A stretch of DNA of 64,000 nt from Eledone cirrhosa (GCA_964016885.1 OZ024759.1:2666001-2730000); one strand, 5' to 3'; counted from the first letter of the stretch, positions 25,481-39,964 are shown. Notes: generated from the sequence alone by a model not told the origin. Translations and numbers: made by a program.

Positions 25481-27697
25481 TCATCACCATCATCATCATT
25501 TTACGTCCACTTTTCCCTGCTTAGAAGAGTTGGACGGGTCTTATTCAGCACAACATCTCTCCACTTTTCACGGTCCTTCGTCATCTCCTCGGTAAGTTTC
25601 AGCGATCTGAGGTCTGCTCTCACCACCTCCACCCATGTTTTCCGTGGTCTACCTCTACCGCGTCTTCCTTCTACTGGGAATTCTTGGTACTTCTTTACCC
25701 ATGAGTCATCCTCCATGCGCATCACATGTCCATACCATCTCAGCCTTTTCTCCTGCACTCTACAACTTATCCCTCTTATACCCAGTTTCTCTCTCAACTC
25801 GTCTATGCTGGGTCATTCACGCACATTGACATTGCACATCCAACGGAGCATGCTTGCCTCATTTCTCTCCAGCTGTCGCATATCTTCAGCAGTTGCTGCC
25901 CATGTCTCACTACCATCCAGCATCGCGCATCTCACACAGGCATCATATAACCGGCCTTTCGTACGCAGTGAGAAACCCTTCTTTGTCAACAGAGGAAGCA
26001 GCTCCCTAAACTTCTTCCAACCCATCCTTATTCTAGATACTATGACCTCGGAACACCCCCACTCCCATGCTAATCTGATCACCTAGGTACCGGAAGTTAT
26101 CAACCACTTCTATAGAACCCACCTGCATTAGAAAAATGAGTCTATCACAGCGATTACTACTGCCAACTTTCCCTGTACATCTATTGCATACATAGTTTTC
26201 CCTACCTGTTAGTTTGCCTGCTATCCCACTACATCTCTTGTGTACCCAAGATCTGCATTGCATACATTTTATGGAATTTATGCCAGTTCCTTTCCTACAT
26301 ATCGAACATGGCCATTTCCCTGATGGAATCAGAGTATTATCCTCTCTTCTACTTATCAACACTTTTGTTTTAGCTAGGTTCACTCTCAGTCCTCCTGATT
26401 CCAACTGCTGTTTTCATAGCCAGAATTTATTCTCTAGCTCCTCTACTGATTCTGCTATAAGAACCAGATCATCAGCATAGAGAAGTTCCCATGGACAGCC
26501 AGTCTTATACTCCTCTGTTATGGCTTGGACGATTATAATGAACAAGAGTGGGCTGAGGACCGAACCTTGATGTACACTTACTTGTATCCGGAATTCCTCA
26601 CTAAACTCCATTCCTATTCTCACTTTACTGACAGCACCCTTGTACATAGCTCACAAGCCATTCCTCTACACCTAGTTTCCTTAGGGACCACCAGATGACA
26701 GATCGGAGTACCCTATCATAGGCCTTCTCTAGGTCAACAAAAGCTAAGTATAGTGGCTTATTCTTCTCTAAGAACCTCTCTTGTAGTTGTCTCACTAAGA
26801 AGAGGGCATCTGTTGTACTTTTCCCAGGCACAAAACCAAACTGCATCTCATCTAAATTGACCCTTTCTCTAATCATTTGCGCTAATATTCTCTCTGCCAC
26901 CTTCATAACCTGATCCATCAGTTTTATGCCCCTATAATTGCTCCTCTCTAGAGCATCCCCTTTACCTTTGGAGCAATTTATGAGAATACTGCTGCACCAG
27001 TCTTTGGGTATGACACCGCCATATATAGCCTGATTGATGATGCGTGCAACTAGTTTAGTGCCTACTTCTCCTGATGCCTTCAGCATTACAGCAACTATCC
27101 CTGACAGTCCAGCGGCCTTACCATTCTTCATTTCCTTAATTGCCTCTTGTACCCTATATTCGTCAATCTCAATAGCTGGTCCCTGTCGGGTCTACTGAGG
27201 GTAATTTCTCTCTCTCCCATTCGTTCTCCACATTCATCAGTCTCTCATAATGACATTTCCAGGCCTCCTTTTTCTGATCATTTGTGACACTAAGTACCCC
27301 GGCATCATTTCAGACACGCTTATCTCCAACAACATCCTGATTTGTACTAACACACTGCAATGCAGAACACGGCAAGTCTCTGATCTTCCCGTCGCAGAAC
27401 ATTGGCAACCCTCCTACTCTCAGCCTCCCTGCATGCTAAGTACACCTGACGTCTAGCTTTTCTCTTAGCGGCTGTGTATCCGTCTCTACTTCCACCATTT
27501 TTCCAAGGCTTCTATGCCAGTCTTTTGTCTCTAATGACCCTATCTACCGTGCTGTTCCACCACCAGGTCACTCTCTGTCTGGTTGAAGCTCTGCCCCAAC
27601 CACAAGTTTCTTCAGTAGCCTGCAGTAAGTTGTCACACAAGAAATTCCAGTTATCATTTATGTCATACAACTCTAAATCGTCTTCTTTTTCGTTGTA
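25481..27697 (-). mobile_element. 5'-truncated RTE LINE (subfamily B), frameshifted
   Basis: ORF fragments carry YRGIKL, FVDLEKAYD, LLYADD, WPCSIC and RLRWYGHV. (CAT)n tail at 25481. Confidence 0.95.
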
Positions 27698-27771
27698 TAT
27701 TTGTGTATATATATATGTGTCTGTATGTATGTGTGTGTATGTATATGTATATATATATATATATATATGTA

Positions 27772-27821
27772 CCGTCCAAACCCATGCAAGTGTGGAAGAT
27801 GGACATTAAACGATGATGATG
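27772..27821 (+). mobile_element. ~50-bp RTE subfamily A 3' tail fragment
   Basis: CCGTCCAAACCCATGCAAG...GGACATTAAACGATGATGATG matches the end of the 40453 element. Confidence 0.75.
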
Positions 27822-27850
27822 TGTATGTATATATATATATATGCATATGT

Positions 27851-28252
27851 GGAGGCACATGGCTTAGTGGTTAGAGCATTGGCCTTGCAATCGAAAAGTT
27901 GTGAGTTCAATTCTCAGACCGGGTGATGTGTTGTTTCCTTGAGCAAGACACTTTATTTCACATTGCTCCAGTTTACTCAGCTGTAGAAATGAGATGATAG
28001 GGACTCCAGTCTCTATCATTCCACTGCAAAGTGGTCGTGGAGGTGCCACGGCAAAAAAAGCACCCAGCACTCACTGTAAATGAGGTTGGTGTTAGGAAGG
28101 GCATCCAGCTGTAGAAATCAAACTAGAATCAGTTCCCATATGAGCAAGACAAGGTCAGCTGACCGGACACAGCCCACAACAGGACACCCGACTAACCCAT
28201 GCTACATTGGAAGAACAGACGTAAAATGGTGATGATGATGAACGGTGATGAT
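27851..28252 (+). mobile_element. tRNA-derived SINE, family 2 (V-domain-like core, RTE-derived tail)
   Basis: A box TGGCTTAGTGG, B box GAGTTCAATTC, core TCCTTGAGCAAGACACTT. The 3' half matches the RTE subfamily C 3' UTR (46225-46500). (GAT)n tail. Confidence 0.82.
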
Positions 28253-28270
28253 ATATATATATATATATAT

Positions 28271-28520
28271 AATAAGGAGTTGAAGGACCCAGCATATTTA
28301 TCAATGCCAGTACCAGTTGTATCTCAGTGTACTCAATAGGTAATGTAAGATACACATAGTTATTCACTTCAATACAACACACGTAAAACGGGTGTCTTAT
28401 AGGGTTCCCGGACTCGAGTTTCGAATGCAGCAGTAAGGTGCACTGCACCATGCATCTGCATATATTATGCAACAATGCACAATCGGCTTATGCGGCTTCA
28501 TCGTGGGTATCGCCTAATCA
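28271..28520 (-). mobile_element. Interspersed repeat with decayed hammerhead motif (second copy at 32045-32320)
   Basis: Shares AATAAGGAGTTGAAGGACCCAGCATATTTATCAATGCCAG with 32045. Minus strand contains GAAACTCGAGTC. Confidence 0.65.
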
Positions 28521-29454
28521 ATAACCAATCGATCGACAGAATCCAAACCCCAGCCCATGCCGGTCATGACTGTTTGTGACAACTGACACGGTAAAGCTAT
28601 TAGCAACTGGCACCCGACAGGACTCTCTCTCGACTAGCCATCGATTTACAAATTTTACATGGTGGCGGGAGAATAGCAAACCAATCTTGTGTACATTGAG
28701 TTTTGGTATATGTACGTTTGGTGAACATATGTGTATTTACCTGTAGGTATGTGTGCATTTGCGTTATATGCGTATTTATGTGTGTATATTTATATACATT
28801 TATATAATTATATGTATATATACACACACAGACATTTTTTTATGTGTATTTGGTGTATACGTTCGTATGTGTGCGGGTACAGGTGTCGCGCGGGTTTATG
28901 TATGTGTGCGCGTGTTTATGTGTACGTGCTTGTATATGCCTGCATGGCGGGTGTTTTCGCGTATGCATGTGTATGTACGTATATGGATGCGTGTTTGTAT
29001 ATATTTAATTATTGTTGATTTCAATAACGTCTGTCATTTTTGTTCTACAAAGTTATTTACATTATTCTTAACTCTGAGGCCTAGAATCATTCGGTTTCCT
29101 AAATAGAATTTTAGTGCACGACTTCAGTTTACCATAAAAGTGGTTTTGGCTTTGCGTGTAATTGTTCTCATCGCTCCACATAACAACGTATTATCTTTGT
29201 TTTTTCCATTCATTGCCATTAAACGTCTTCACGAACCACCTAAATAGAGTATAAGTCTACGACTTTATTTTTACCATAAACGTGGTTTTGTCTTTACTAG
29301 TAATTGTTCTCACCGCTCCACATAATGACGTATTATCTTCGCTTTTTTTCCGTCTATTGCTAGAGAACATCTTCACGAACCAAAGTATTGTCTTTCTGTT
29401 TTCCTTCGGTTGCAACATTTTTCGAAATATTTACTTCTGCGTTCACAAATGCTA

Positions 29455-29485
<31 letters not shown>

Positions 29486-29654
29486 ACAAATACATTCACA
29501 AATGCTAATATATATATATATATATATACACACACAACAAATACGCATGCACATACATATATATGAAATAGACACATACGTATAAACACACTTGCCTACA
29601 TACATATACATACGTAAAATAGAAAAATATAAAATAAAATAAAAATTAATCAGT

Positions 29655-29925
29655 CAGACTACATATATACACACACTCCTACATAGACACACACATAAGT
29701 AGGAGGTAAACATGTACATATATACACACACACTCCTACATAGACACACACACATAAGTAGGAGATAGACGTGTACATTTATACACACACACTCCTACAT
29801 ACACACACATAAGTAGGAAATAAACATGTACATATATACACACACACTCCTACATAGACACACACACATAAGTAGGAGATAAACGTGTACATATATACAC
29901 ACACCCCTACATACACACACACAGA
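29655..29925. repeat. ~58-60-bp minisatellite (4-5 copies)
   Basis: Unit ~GTACATATATACACACACACTCCTACATAGACACACACACATAAGTAGGAGATAAAC. Confidence 0.8.
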
Positions 29926-30387
29926 AGTGTGTGTCCAAAAAATAAATATGTCAAAATGCCATACGGATATATGCATATATACAAATGCATGCATATATAT
30001 ATATACATATATACACATGCATACACACACACAAACATAAGTATATAGATAGAGAGAAGAAAGTAACTAACACACGATAAAAATACATACATACTAAAAT
30101 ACTCATAACAGGGATAAAAAATAAGATATACATAAAAACACATACATATAAAACCATAGACATATACTTACATATATGCATACGTACACATATACACACA
30201 CACGCACGCACGTAAAATATACACATACATATACACATATATTCGTGCAAAGAAAGTAACAAAAACAAAAAAATATAAAATATATATAAATAATTATACG
30301 CACACACACGTGCATACACATATGCTCATGCACACGTGTATATATATACACACATATACATACACACACATATATATACATATATAT

Positions 30388-30482
30388 ATCATCATCATCA
30401 TCATTTTACGTCCGCTTTTCCCTGCTTGCAATGGTGGGACCGGTCTTATTCAGCACAGCATCTCACCACTTGTCACGGTCCT
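30388..30482 (-). mobile_element. ~95-bp RTE subfamily B 3' tail fragment within (TA)n
   Basis: (CAT)n-TTTTACGTCCGCTTTTCCCTGCTTGCAA matches the reverse complement of ~51960-52057. Confidence 0.85.
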
Positions 30483-30502
30483 ATATATATATATACACAT
30501 AC

Positions 30503-30579
<77 letters not shown>

Positions 30580-30876
30580 CATACATACACATACATATAC
30601 ATATACACACATAACAATACATACACACATATTAATATAAAGAAACACTCACATACATATAAAAAATATGTAATTACACAATTACGGAAAAGTTTTGCAA
30701 TAATTAGAAATGAGAGTAAACACTTATATTACATAGGGCAGACTATAGGAGACAACCTGTGTATGTTTATATGAACACATGTATAACACACAACTACAGA
30801 TACACACCTACATGTATACACACAGGTACACATACACACACAGACAATAAATACGCACACATAAGTACACACAAAG

Positions 30877-30919
<43 letters not shown>

Positions 30920-30922
<3 letters not shown>

Positions 30923-31839
30923 ATATATCTAAAACAGAGAATGTCTGTCTGTCTGACTCCCTAAAACTCGAGAACCACCCAACCGATTGTTTTCAAACTT
31001 TACACATGTAATACTTATGGTCCTGTGAGTGTTTGTGATCAAAGAATATTTCAAATTTTCAATGCCCTAGAGACCGCATTAGGCGATTTAGCGATCTCTC
31101 TCTATAATTCTTAGTCTTTCTTTTTAGATAGATACATAGATATAACGTTGCACCCTTATAATATCTGTCTGTATGTCTGGCAGTCTACATTACGACATTA
31201 TGACGTTATATGCGTGTGTGTGTGTGTGTATATATATATAGTGTGTAACGTTTTTCGAAATATTTATTTCTGCGTTCACAGATTGATTTTTTTAGTTTCA
31301 GAAGATCCCGTCAAGGGTGAAAGCAGCGATACTTTGCTTAAACTTTAATCTGTTATTTTAATATATATATATATATATATATGTAAAGTTATATTTAAAA
31401 TTGTTGGGTTATAACTAGTAAATATTTATAACTGATATAAAAGCACTCGACAAATATTTGGAGTATATTTACAATATTAAATAAATGGAAAACTATATTT
31501 ATAAAACCATATCTATTTCATTATATATATTTCGGGGATATCATATTAACAATATGCTATGCCTTCATCAGACAAAATACAATATAAACAGTTTTATAGA
31601 TAAATATATTCGACATACCGTAATAAACATCAACTTCATTTGAAGAGGTTTACGCTAGCGTAAACCTCTTCAAATGAAGTTGATGTTTATTACGGTATGT
31701 CGAATATATTTATCTATAAAACTGTTTATATTGTATTTTGTCTGATGAAGGCATAGCATATTGTTAATATGATATCCCCGAAATATATATAATGAAATAG
31801 ATATGGTTTTATAAATATAGTTTTCCATTTATTTAATAT

Positions 31840-31876
<37 letters not shown>

Positions 31877-32009
31877 TCATGTACAGATATTTTTGCATAC
31901 ACAATAACAAAATATAAACATACGTATTTATTTCAAGAGGCTCGATAAGGATAAACAAATATATAAGAACCCTAGAGCAAATCCCGAGCAAAGCCGGGCC
32001 ATTCTGCTA

Positions 32010-32010
<1 letters not shown>
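30920..32010 (+). mobile_element. Non-autonomous Helitron-like element with nested insertions
   Basis: 5' AAAACAGAGAATGTCTGTCTG resembles the start of the 22890 element. 3' end is CCCGAGCAAAGCCGGG...CTGCTAG|T. Confidence 0.55.
31470..31843. repeat. 374-bp perfect palindrome with no spacer
   Basis: Centre TACGCT|AGCGTA at 31656/31657. The 187-bp arms are reverse complements as far as I can read, and each carries a CTGATGA...GAAA motif. Confidence 0.93.
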
Positions 32011-32044
<34 letters not shown>

Positions 32045-32045
<1 letters not shown>

Positions 32046-32320
32046 ATAAGGAGTTGAAGGACCCAGCATATTTATCAATGCCAGAACCGGTTGTATGTCA
32101 GCGTACTCAATAGGTAATGTAGGATACATTCCCAGAGTATACACATAGTTATTTACTTCAATACAACACACGTAAATGGGTGCCTGTAGTAGTTTCAGGA
32201 CTCGAGTTTCGGCCACACTTAATGTAGCAGTAGGCTGCACTGCACCATCCATCTGCATATATTATGCAACAATGTATAACCAGTGCATGTGGCTTCATCA
32301 GTGGGTATCACCTTTCTTAA
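32045..32320 (-). mobile_element. Interspersed repeat with hammerhead-like core
   Basis: Minus strand CTGATGA (32295-32301), stem II GCCACA/TGTGGC, then GAAA-C-TCGA-G-TC (32199-32210). Stem I is decayed. Confidence 0.6.
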
Positions 32321-32588
32321 CCATTTACTTTAACTATATACATATATATAAGATTCAAAAGTAAAAGGTTAAGGAAGGTAAAAGAGTGCAATTATGTATA
32401 GAAAGGAGAAGTTTTCGGTGCATAAAAAGACTCAGTAAAGGGAAGAAGTCAATAAGTGAATAATATAGGTGTAATATAAAATAAGTGTTGAATGTGTGTG
32501 TTGGGTGTGATGAAAGTGGAGGCTGATTGAAATAAGAGAGAGTGTTGAAGGTAAAATAGTGTAATTATATATATCTGCTATATTTCAG

Positions 32589-32735
32589 TTGGATAAATCC
32601 CCAGATAAAGACAGAAGGATTACTAGCAGAGCCAGTATCAGGAGTACAAGAATTGGTCGAGTCAAGTCAAATTATGATAGTGTTACGGACCTTGGAGCCT
32701 TTGCAGACTCTGATATTGAGGAAACTGATTTACCT
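32589..32735 (+). CDS. SPAG17: Coding exon, probable SPAG17
   Basis: tatttcag|TTG acceptor and CCT|gtaatt donor; 147 nt, phase 0-0. Encodes LDKSPDKDRRITSRASIRSTRIGRVKSNYDSVTDLGAFADSDIEETDLP. Confidence 0.68.
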
Positions 32736-32749
32736 GTAATTATCTCACC

Positions 32750-32935
32750 TCTCTCATCCATATCTCTCTCTCTCTGTCTCTCTTTCATCCCTCTCTCACT
32801 CTCTCTCTCTCTCTTTCTCATCCCTCTTTCTCTCTCTCTCATCCTCCTCTCTCTCTTATCCCTTATTTCTCTCTCATCCATGTCTCTCTCTCTCTCTCTC
32901 TGTCACATTTACCTTCTCTCCCTGTCCCTCTCTTC
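32750..32935. repeat. Degenerate (CT)n low-complexity tract
   Basis: Read directly. Confidence 0.8.
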
Positions 32936-33049
32936 TAATACACATGATATACAGAATATATTACTACGTTTTATATATATGTAGTATCTTATATTACTAC
33001 ATGTTATATATATAATATCTCATTATAGTTCATCGTAATACACTTATGT

Positions 33050-33976
33050 TGCCATGTTATATGCATGTGACATTTCACAATACTACGTGATGTTTCACTA
33101 TATATTCTATATGGTATCTCACAATTGTACATGTGATATTTCACAATACTACATGTGATGTCTCACTATATATACTATATGGTATCTCACAATGTTACAT
33201 GTTACACTACATGTAATATCTCACACCTATATGTGACACTAAATGTGATATCTCACACCTATATGTGACACTAAATGTGATATTTCACTTTATGCAACAT
33301 TTATGCTACATTTTGTAATACCTCACTATACTACATGCTGTAATACCTCTCTATACTACATGTAATACCTCACTATACTATGTGTTGTAATACCTCACTA
33401 TACTACATATTGTAATACCTCACTATACTACAGGTAATACCTCTATACTACATGTAATACCTCTATACTACATGTAATACCTCTATACTACATGTAATAC
33501 CTCACTATACTACATGCTGTAATACCTCACTATACTACATGTTGTAATACGTCACTATACTACATGTTGTAATACCTCACTATACTACATGTTGTAATAT
33601 GTCACTATACTACATGTTGTAATACCTCACTATACTACATGTAATGCCTCACTATACTACATGTTGTAATACCTCTCTATACAACATGTAATACCTCACT
33701 ATACTACATGTTGTAATACCTCTCTATACAACATGTAATACCTCACTATACTACATGTTGTAATACCTCTCTATACAACATGTAACACCTCACTATGCTA
33801 CATGTTATAACACCTCACTATGCTACATGTTATAACACCTCACTATGCTACATGTTATAACATCTCACTATGCTACATGTTATAACACCTCACTATGCTA
33901 CATGTTATAACATCTCACTATGCTTCATGTTTTAATACCTCACTATGCTACATGTAATATCTCACACCCTCTACAG
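33050..33976. repeat. 22/25-bp minisatellite filling most of the 1241-bp intron
   Basis: Unit GTAATACCTCACTATACTACAT(GTT). The terminal unit GTAATATCTCACACCCTCTACAG (33954-33976) ends at the acceptor. Confidence 0.9.
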
Positions 33977-34088
33977 TTCTCAGGTTACAGGATGGACGAC
34001 AACCTCACCAAATTAACCAGTAAATGTTATACGTTGTTTCCCTATGATGGATCCCAGATCCGTGTCTTATCGGAGCAGTTCCTATGTG
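33977..34088 (+). CDS. SPAG17: Coding exon, SPAG17/PF6-like
   Basis: ctacag|TTC and TGTG|gtaaac; 112 nt, phase 0-1. FSGYRMDDNLTKLTSKCYTLFPYDGSQIRVLSEQFLC resembles the SPAG17 segment GYxMG...(F/Y)PSDGGQI as I recall it. Confidence 0.78.
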
Positions 34089-34203
34089 GTAAACCAACCA
34101 TTTAAACTTGTTCTTTATTTATTTATTCATTTATTTATTATTCACAGTTGCTTATTTTTCACTTATGAAAACAGTAAAAAAACATCCTGTGGGATAAAAC
34201 TTC

Positions 34204-34409
34204 TTAACCCGTTAGCATTTAAACTGGCCAGAATTTTCTCACATCTCTCTGTTCAAACCAGCTGTAACTGGCTACTCATACTGATGTTAAAGTATTGTTC
34301 TCAATAATATCAAAATTTCATAGATTCGATATTATGTGAGATAATTTTAAAGCCTTTACCATGGAAATATAATAGTATATAGAGAGTATTGTAAATGATA
34401 AAGGGTTAA
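34204..34409. mobile_element. TTAA-flanked MITE (piggyBac-type ends)
   Basis: TTAACCCGTTAGCATTTA ... TAAATGATAAAGGGTTAA inverted termini (2 mismatches in 18). Confidence 0.72.
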
Positions 34410-34723
34410 ACAACCTGCTGAACATTCAGGTGTGAGCTGTGTCAACAACAATAAGATGCTAGGACTGCAGCCCCTATCATTAAAACACCTGAGAAACCTT
34501 TTATGAGAAACCAGCTAAACATACATAGGTGTGAGCTGTAACAACATGAGAGGACTGGAGCCCCTATCATTAAAGCACCTGAGAAACCTCCAATGAGATA
34601 TAACCTCATAGAAAGACAGCTAGACCTACATAAGTGTGTGTCATAAATTTTATATTTTTCTTCCCATTAGACCCAGTGATCATATATTCTCCATCCCCAC
34701 CCATCCCTACACTCTGTAACATC

Positions 34724-34934
34724 TTAAAACCTTTAACATTTAAACCAGTCATATCCGGCCAGAATTTTCTCACCTCTTTCTCTTCAAACTAGCTGTAACT
34801 GGCCTCTCATACTGAGGTTAAGGTATTGTTCTCAAAATAAATGATAGCAAAATCTTGTAGATTCAATATTATGTGAGATAATTATGTGAGGTAAAGACTT
34901 TACCACGAAAATGTAATAGTAAATATAATGTTAA
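34724..34934. mobile_element. Second, more decayed copy of the same MITE
   Basis: Shares GGCCAGAATTTTCTCAC, AGCTGTAACTGGC and ATATTATGTGAGATAATT with 34204-34409. Confidence 0.65.
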
Positions 34935-35028
34935 ACTGTAACCCTGTCATTGTTGGTCCCCCTCTTCCTCTACACCTCCAATGACTACAGAGACATCAAT
35001 ATAATAAAGGGTTTCTTGTAATGTCCAG

Positions 35029-35166
35029 GTCCAAAGCATGTGAGATGTTCGGTGTTAGTAAATGGCCACGTGTTCACTGTACACCTGATGAACCCAACAG
35101 ATGATGAAGCTCTTGAACCTGATGTCTTCCCTTCATCTCCCATGAAACTTAGTTCACCAAGTTCAG
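35029..35166 (+). CDS. SPAG17: Coding exon, SPAG17/PF6-like
   Basis: gtccag|GT and TCAG|gtaagc; 138 nt, phase 1-1. (G)PKHVRCSVLVNGHVFTVHLMNPTDD... continues the recalled SPAG17 motif GPxxxxxxVxKDxHxFxxHLxDP. Confidence 0.78.
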
Positions 35167-35301
35167 GTAAGCTTTGACTACTTTTATTGAGGTAATTTTC
35201 TTAGATATTTGACTGTGGGCTTATTGACTTATTGATAATATATGCTAAGGCATACATTTAATGGTGTGTGTATGCATATCTGTCTCTCTCTCTATATATA
35301 T

Positions 35302-38035
35302 ATCATCATCACCATTTTATGTCCACTTTTCCCTGCTTGCAAGGGTGGGACGGGTCCTATTCAGCACCGCATCTCTCCACTTGTCACAGTCCTTCGTTAT
35401 CTCCTCTGTGAGCTTCAGCGATCTGAGGTCTGCTCTCACCACGTCAGCCCATGTTTTTCGTGGTCTTCCTCTACTGCATCTTCCTTCTACTGGCATTTCT
35501 TGGCACTTCTTTACCCAGCGGTCATCCTCCATGCACATCACATGTCCATACCATCTCAGCCTTTTCTCCTGCACTCTACAACTTATCCCTCTTATACTCA
35601 GTTTCTCTCTCAACTCGTCCATGCTTGGTCGTTCATGCACATTGACATTACACATCCAACGGAGCATACTTGCTTCATTTCTCTCCAGCCGTTGCATATC
35701 CTCTGCAGTTGCTACCCATGTCTCACTACCATGCAGCATCGTGCATCTCACACAGGCATCATATAACCAGCCTTTCATATGCAGGGAGAAACCCTTCTTT
35801 GTCAACAGAGGAAGCAGCTCCCTAAACTTCTTCCAACCCATCCTTATTCTAGATACTATGGCCTCCGAACACCCCCCCCCCATGCTAATCTGATCACCTA
35901 GCTACCAGAAGCTATCAACCACTTCTATAGAACCCACCTGCATTGGAAAAATGTGTCTATCACATTGATTACTACTGTCAAATTTCCCTGTACATCTACT
36001 GCATACATAGTTTTCCCTACCCGTTAGTTTGCCTGCTATCCCACTACATCTCTTGTGTACCTAAGATCTGGGTTGTCTACATTTTATAGAATTTATGTCA
36101 GTTCGTTTTCTACATATCAAACATGGCCATTTCCCTGATGGAATCAGAATATTATCCTCTCTTCTACTTATCAAGACTTTTGTCTTAGCTATGTTCACTC
36201 TCAGTCCTCCTGATTCCAACTGCTGTTTCCATAGCCAGAATTTATTCTGTAGCTCCTCTACTGATTCTGCTATAAGAACCTGATCATCAGCATGGAGAAA
36301 TTCCCTGTTATGGCTTGAAGGACTATAATGAACAAGAGCGGGCTGAGGACCGAACCCTGATGTACTCCTACTTGTATCTGGAATTCCTCACTAAACTCCA
36401 TTCCTACCCTCACTTTACTGACAGCACCTCTGTACATAGCTTTCACTGTCCTCACAAAGCATTCCTCTACACCTAGTTTCCTTATGGACCACCAGATGAC
36501 AGATTGGGGTACCCTATCAAAGGCCTTCTCTAGGTCAATAAAAGCAAAGTATATTCTTCTCTAAGAACCTCTCTTGTAGTTGTCTCACTAAGAACAGGGC
36601 ATCTATTGTACTTTTGCCAGACACAAAACCAAACTGCATCTCATCTAGTTTGACCCTTTCTCTAATTAGTTGCGGTAATTTCTGTAATTTGCGGTAATTT
36701 CTGCCACTTTCATAACCTTATCCATCAGTTTTATACCCCCTATAATTGTTCCTCTCCAGAGCATCCCCTTTACCTTTGTAGCAATTTATGAGAATACTGC
36801 TGCACCAGTCTTTGGGTATGACACCACCATATATAGCCTGATTGATGATGCGTGCAACCAGTTTAGTGCCTACTTCTCCTGATGCCTTCAGCATCTCAGC
36901 AACTATCCCCGACTGTCCAGCTGCCTTACCACTTTTCATTTCCTTAATCGCCTCTTGGACCCTATATTCGTTAATCTCAATAGCTGGTCCCTCTGTCGGA
37001 TCTACTGAGGGTAATTTCTCTCTCTCCCATTCGTTCTCCACATTCATCAGTCTCTCATAATGACATTTCCAGGCCTCCTTTTTCTGATCATTCGTGACAC
37101 TAAGTACACCGGCATCATTCCGGACACATTTATCTCCAACAACATCCTGATTTGCATTGACACACTGCCTTGCAATGTGGAACACCGCACGCCTCTGATC
37201 TTCCCGTTGCAGAACATTAGCAACCCTCCTACTCTCAGCCTCCCTGCGTACTAAGTACACCTGATGTCTAGCTTCTCTCTTAGCGGCTGTATATTCTTCC
37301 CTACTCCCACCCTTTTTCCAAGCCTTCCATGCTAGTCTTTTGTCTCTAATGGCCTTATCTACTGTGCTGTTCCACCAGCAGGTAACTCTCTGTCTGGTTG
37401 GAGCTCTGCTCCAGCCACAAGTTTCATCAGTACCCTGCAGTAAGTTGTCACGTAAGAAATTCCAGTTATTATCTGTCATACGTCTCTAAATCGTCTTCTT
37501 TTTCGTCATATACATCTTGAAGGGCTTTCCTCAATTTGTATTTTAGTGAAAGGTCTTTTAGCTTCCAGACCTTTCTTCTCCACACCTTCCTCTATGTCTC
37601 ATTCCATCTCTTGCTTACTGAGATATCACTAACGACTAGCCTATGCTGTGGGGTACATTCTTCCCCAGGGTATGCCTTGGTATAGATAATATCTGCCTGT
37701 CCCTATGCCTAACTAGTAAGAAGTCAATCTGGCTTATGTGCTCGCCAGATTTGTAGGTTATTAGGTGATTGGCAGGTTTCTGGAAGTTAGTGTTGCAAAT
37801 GGTTAGTGTACTTGCATCACAAAATTCAAGAAGCCTCACTGCTTCCTCATTTCTTGAGGTGTAACCATGCCCACCATGTACCCCAGTGTAACCATCCTGG
37901 AGCTGTCCAACATGACCATTGAAGTCCCCTGCTAGCATAATGATGTCGCCGTCCTCTATCATTGTGGTTGTTTGTAAAAGTTGCTCGTAAAAGCAGTCTT
38001 CCTAGGCCTGCTTGGGGAGCATAGGCAGAGATGAT
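35302..38035 (-). mobile_element. RTE LINE subfamily B, 5'-truncated within the endonuclease, decayed
   Basis: [14 protein letters not shown] and RT fragments; (CAT)n tail. Both ends abut (TA)n. Confidence 0.95.
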
Positions 38036-38049
38036 ATATATATATATAT

Positions 38050-38091
<42 letters not shown>

Positions 38092-38144
38092 GTGTATATA
38101 TATATATATATATATGTGTGTGTCCATATATATATATATATATA

Positions 38145-39601
<1,457 letters not shown>

Positions 39602-39605
39602 CCAT

Positions 39606-39814
39606 GGAGGCACATTGCTTAGTGGTTAGAACATTGGCCTTGCAATCGAAAGGTTGTGAGTTCAATTCTCAGACCGGGTGATGTGTTGTTTCCTTGAGCA
39701 AGACACTTTATTTCACATTGCTCCAGTTTACTCAGCTGTAGAAATCAAGCCAGAATCAGTTCCCGTCGCACCCTTGCAAGCAGGGAAAAGCAGACATAAA
39801 ATGATGATGATGAT
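39606..39814 (+). mobile_element. SINE family 2, short chimeric copy
   Basis: Head nearly identical to 27851, but the 3' end is an RTE subfamily B tail. Confidence 0.8.
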
Positions 39815-39817
39815 ATA

Positions 39818-39897
<80 letters not shown>

Positions 39898-39905
39898 TGT
39901 GTGTC

Positions 39906-39947
<42 letters not shown>

Positions 39948-39964
39948 GACACACACTCACACTC

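Noticed and set aside
27851-27925. tRNA gene
   Set aside because: A/B boxes are present but there is no full cloverleaf, and it continues into a SINE body and LINE tail.
28599-29456. Possible TIR element (TATTAGCA...TGCTAATA) with internal ~140-bp duplication
   Set aside because: Only 8 bp of inverted match in AT-rich sequence; family unresolved.
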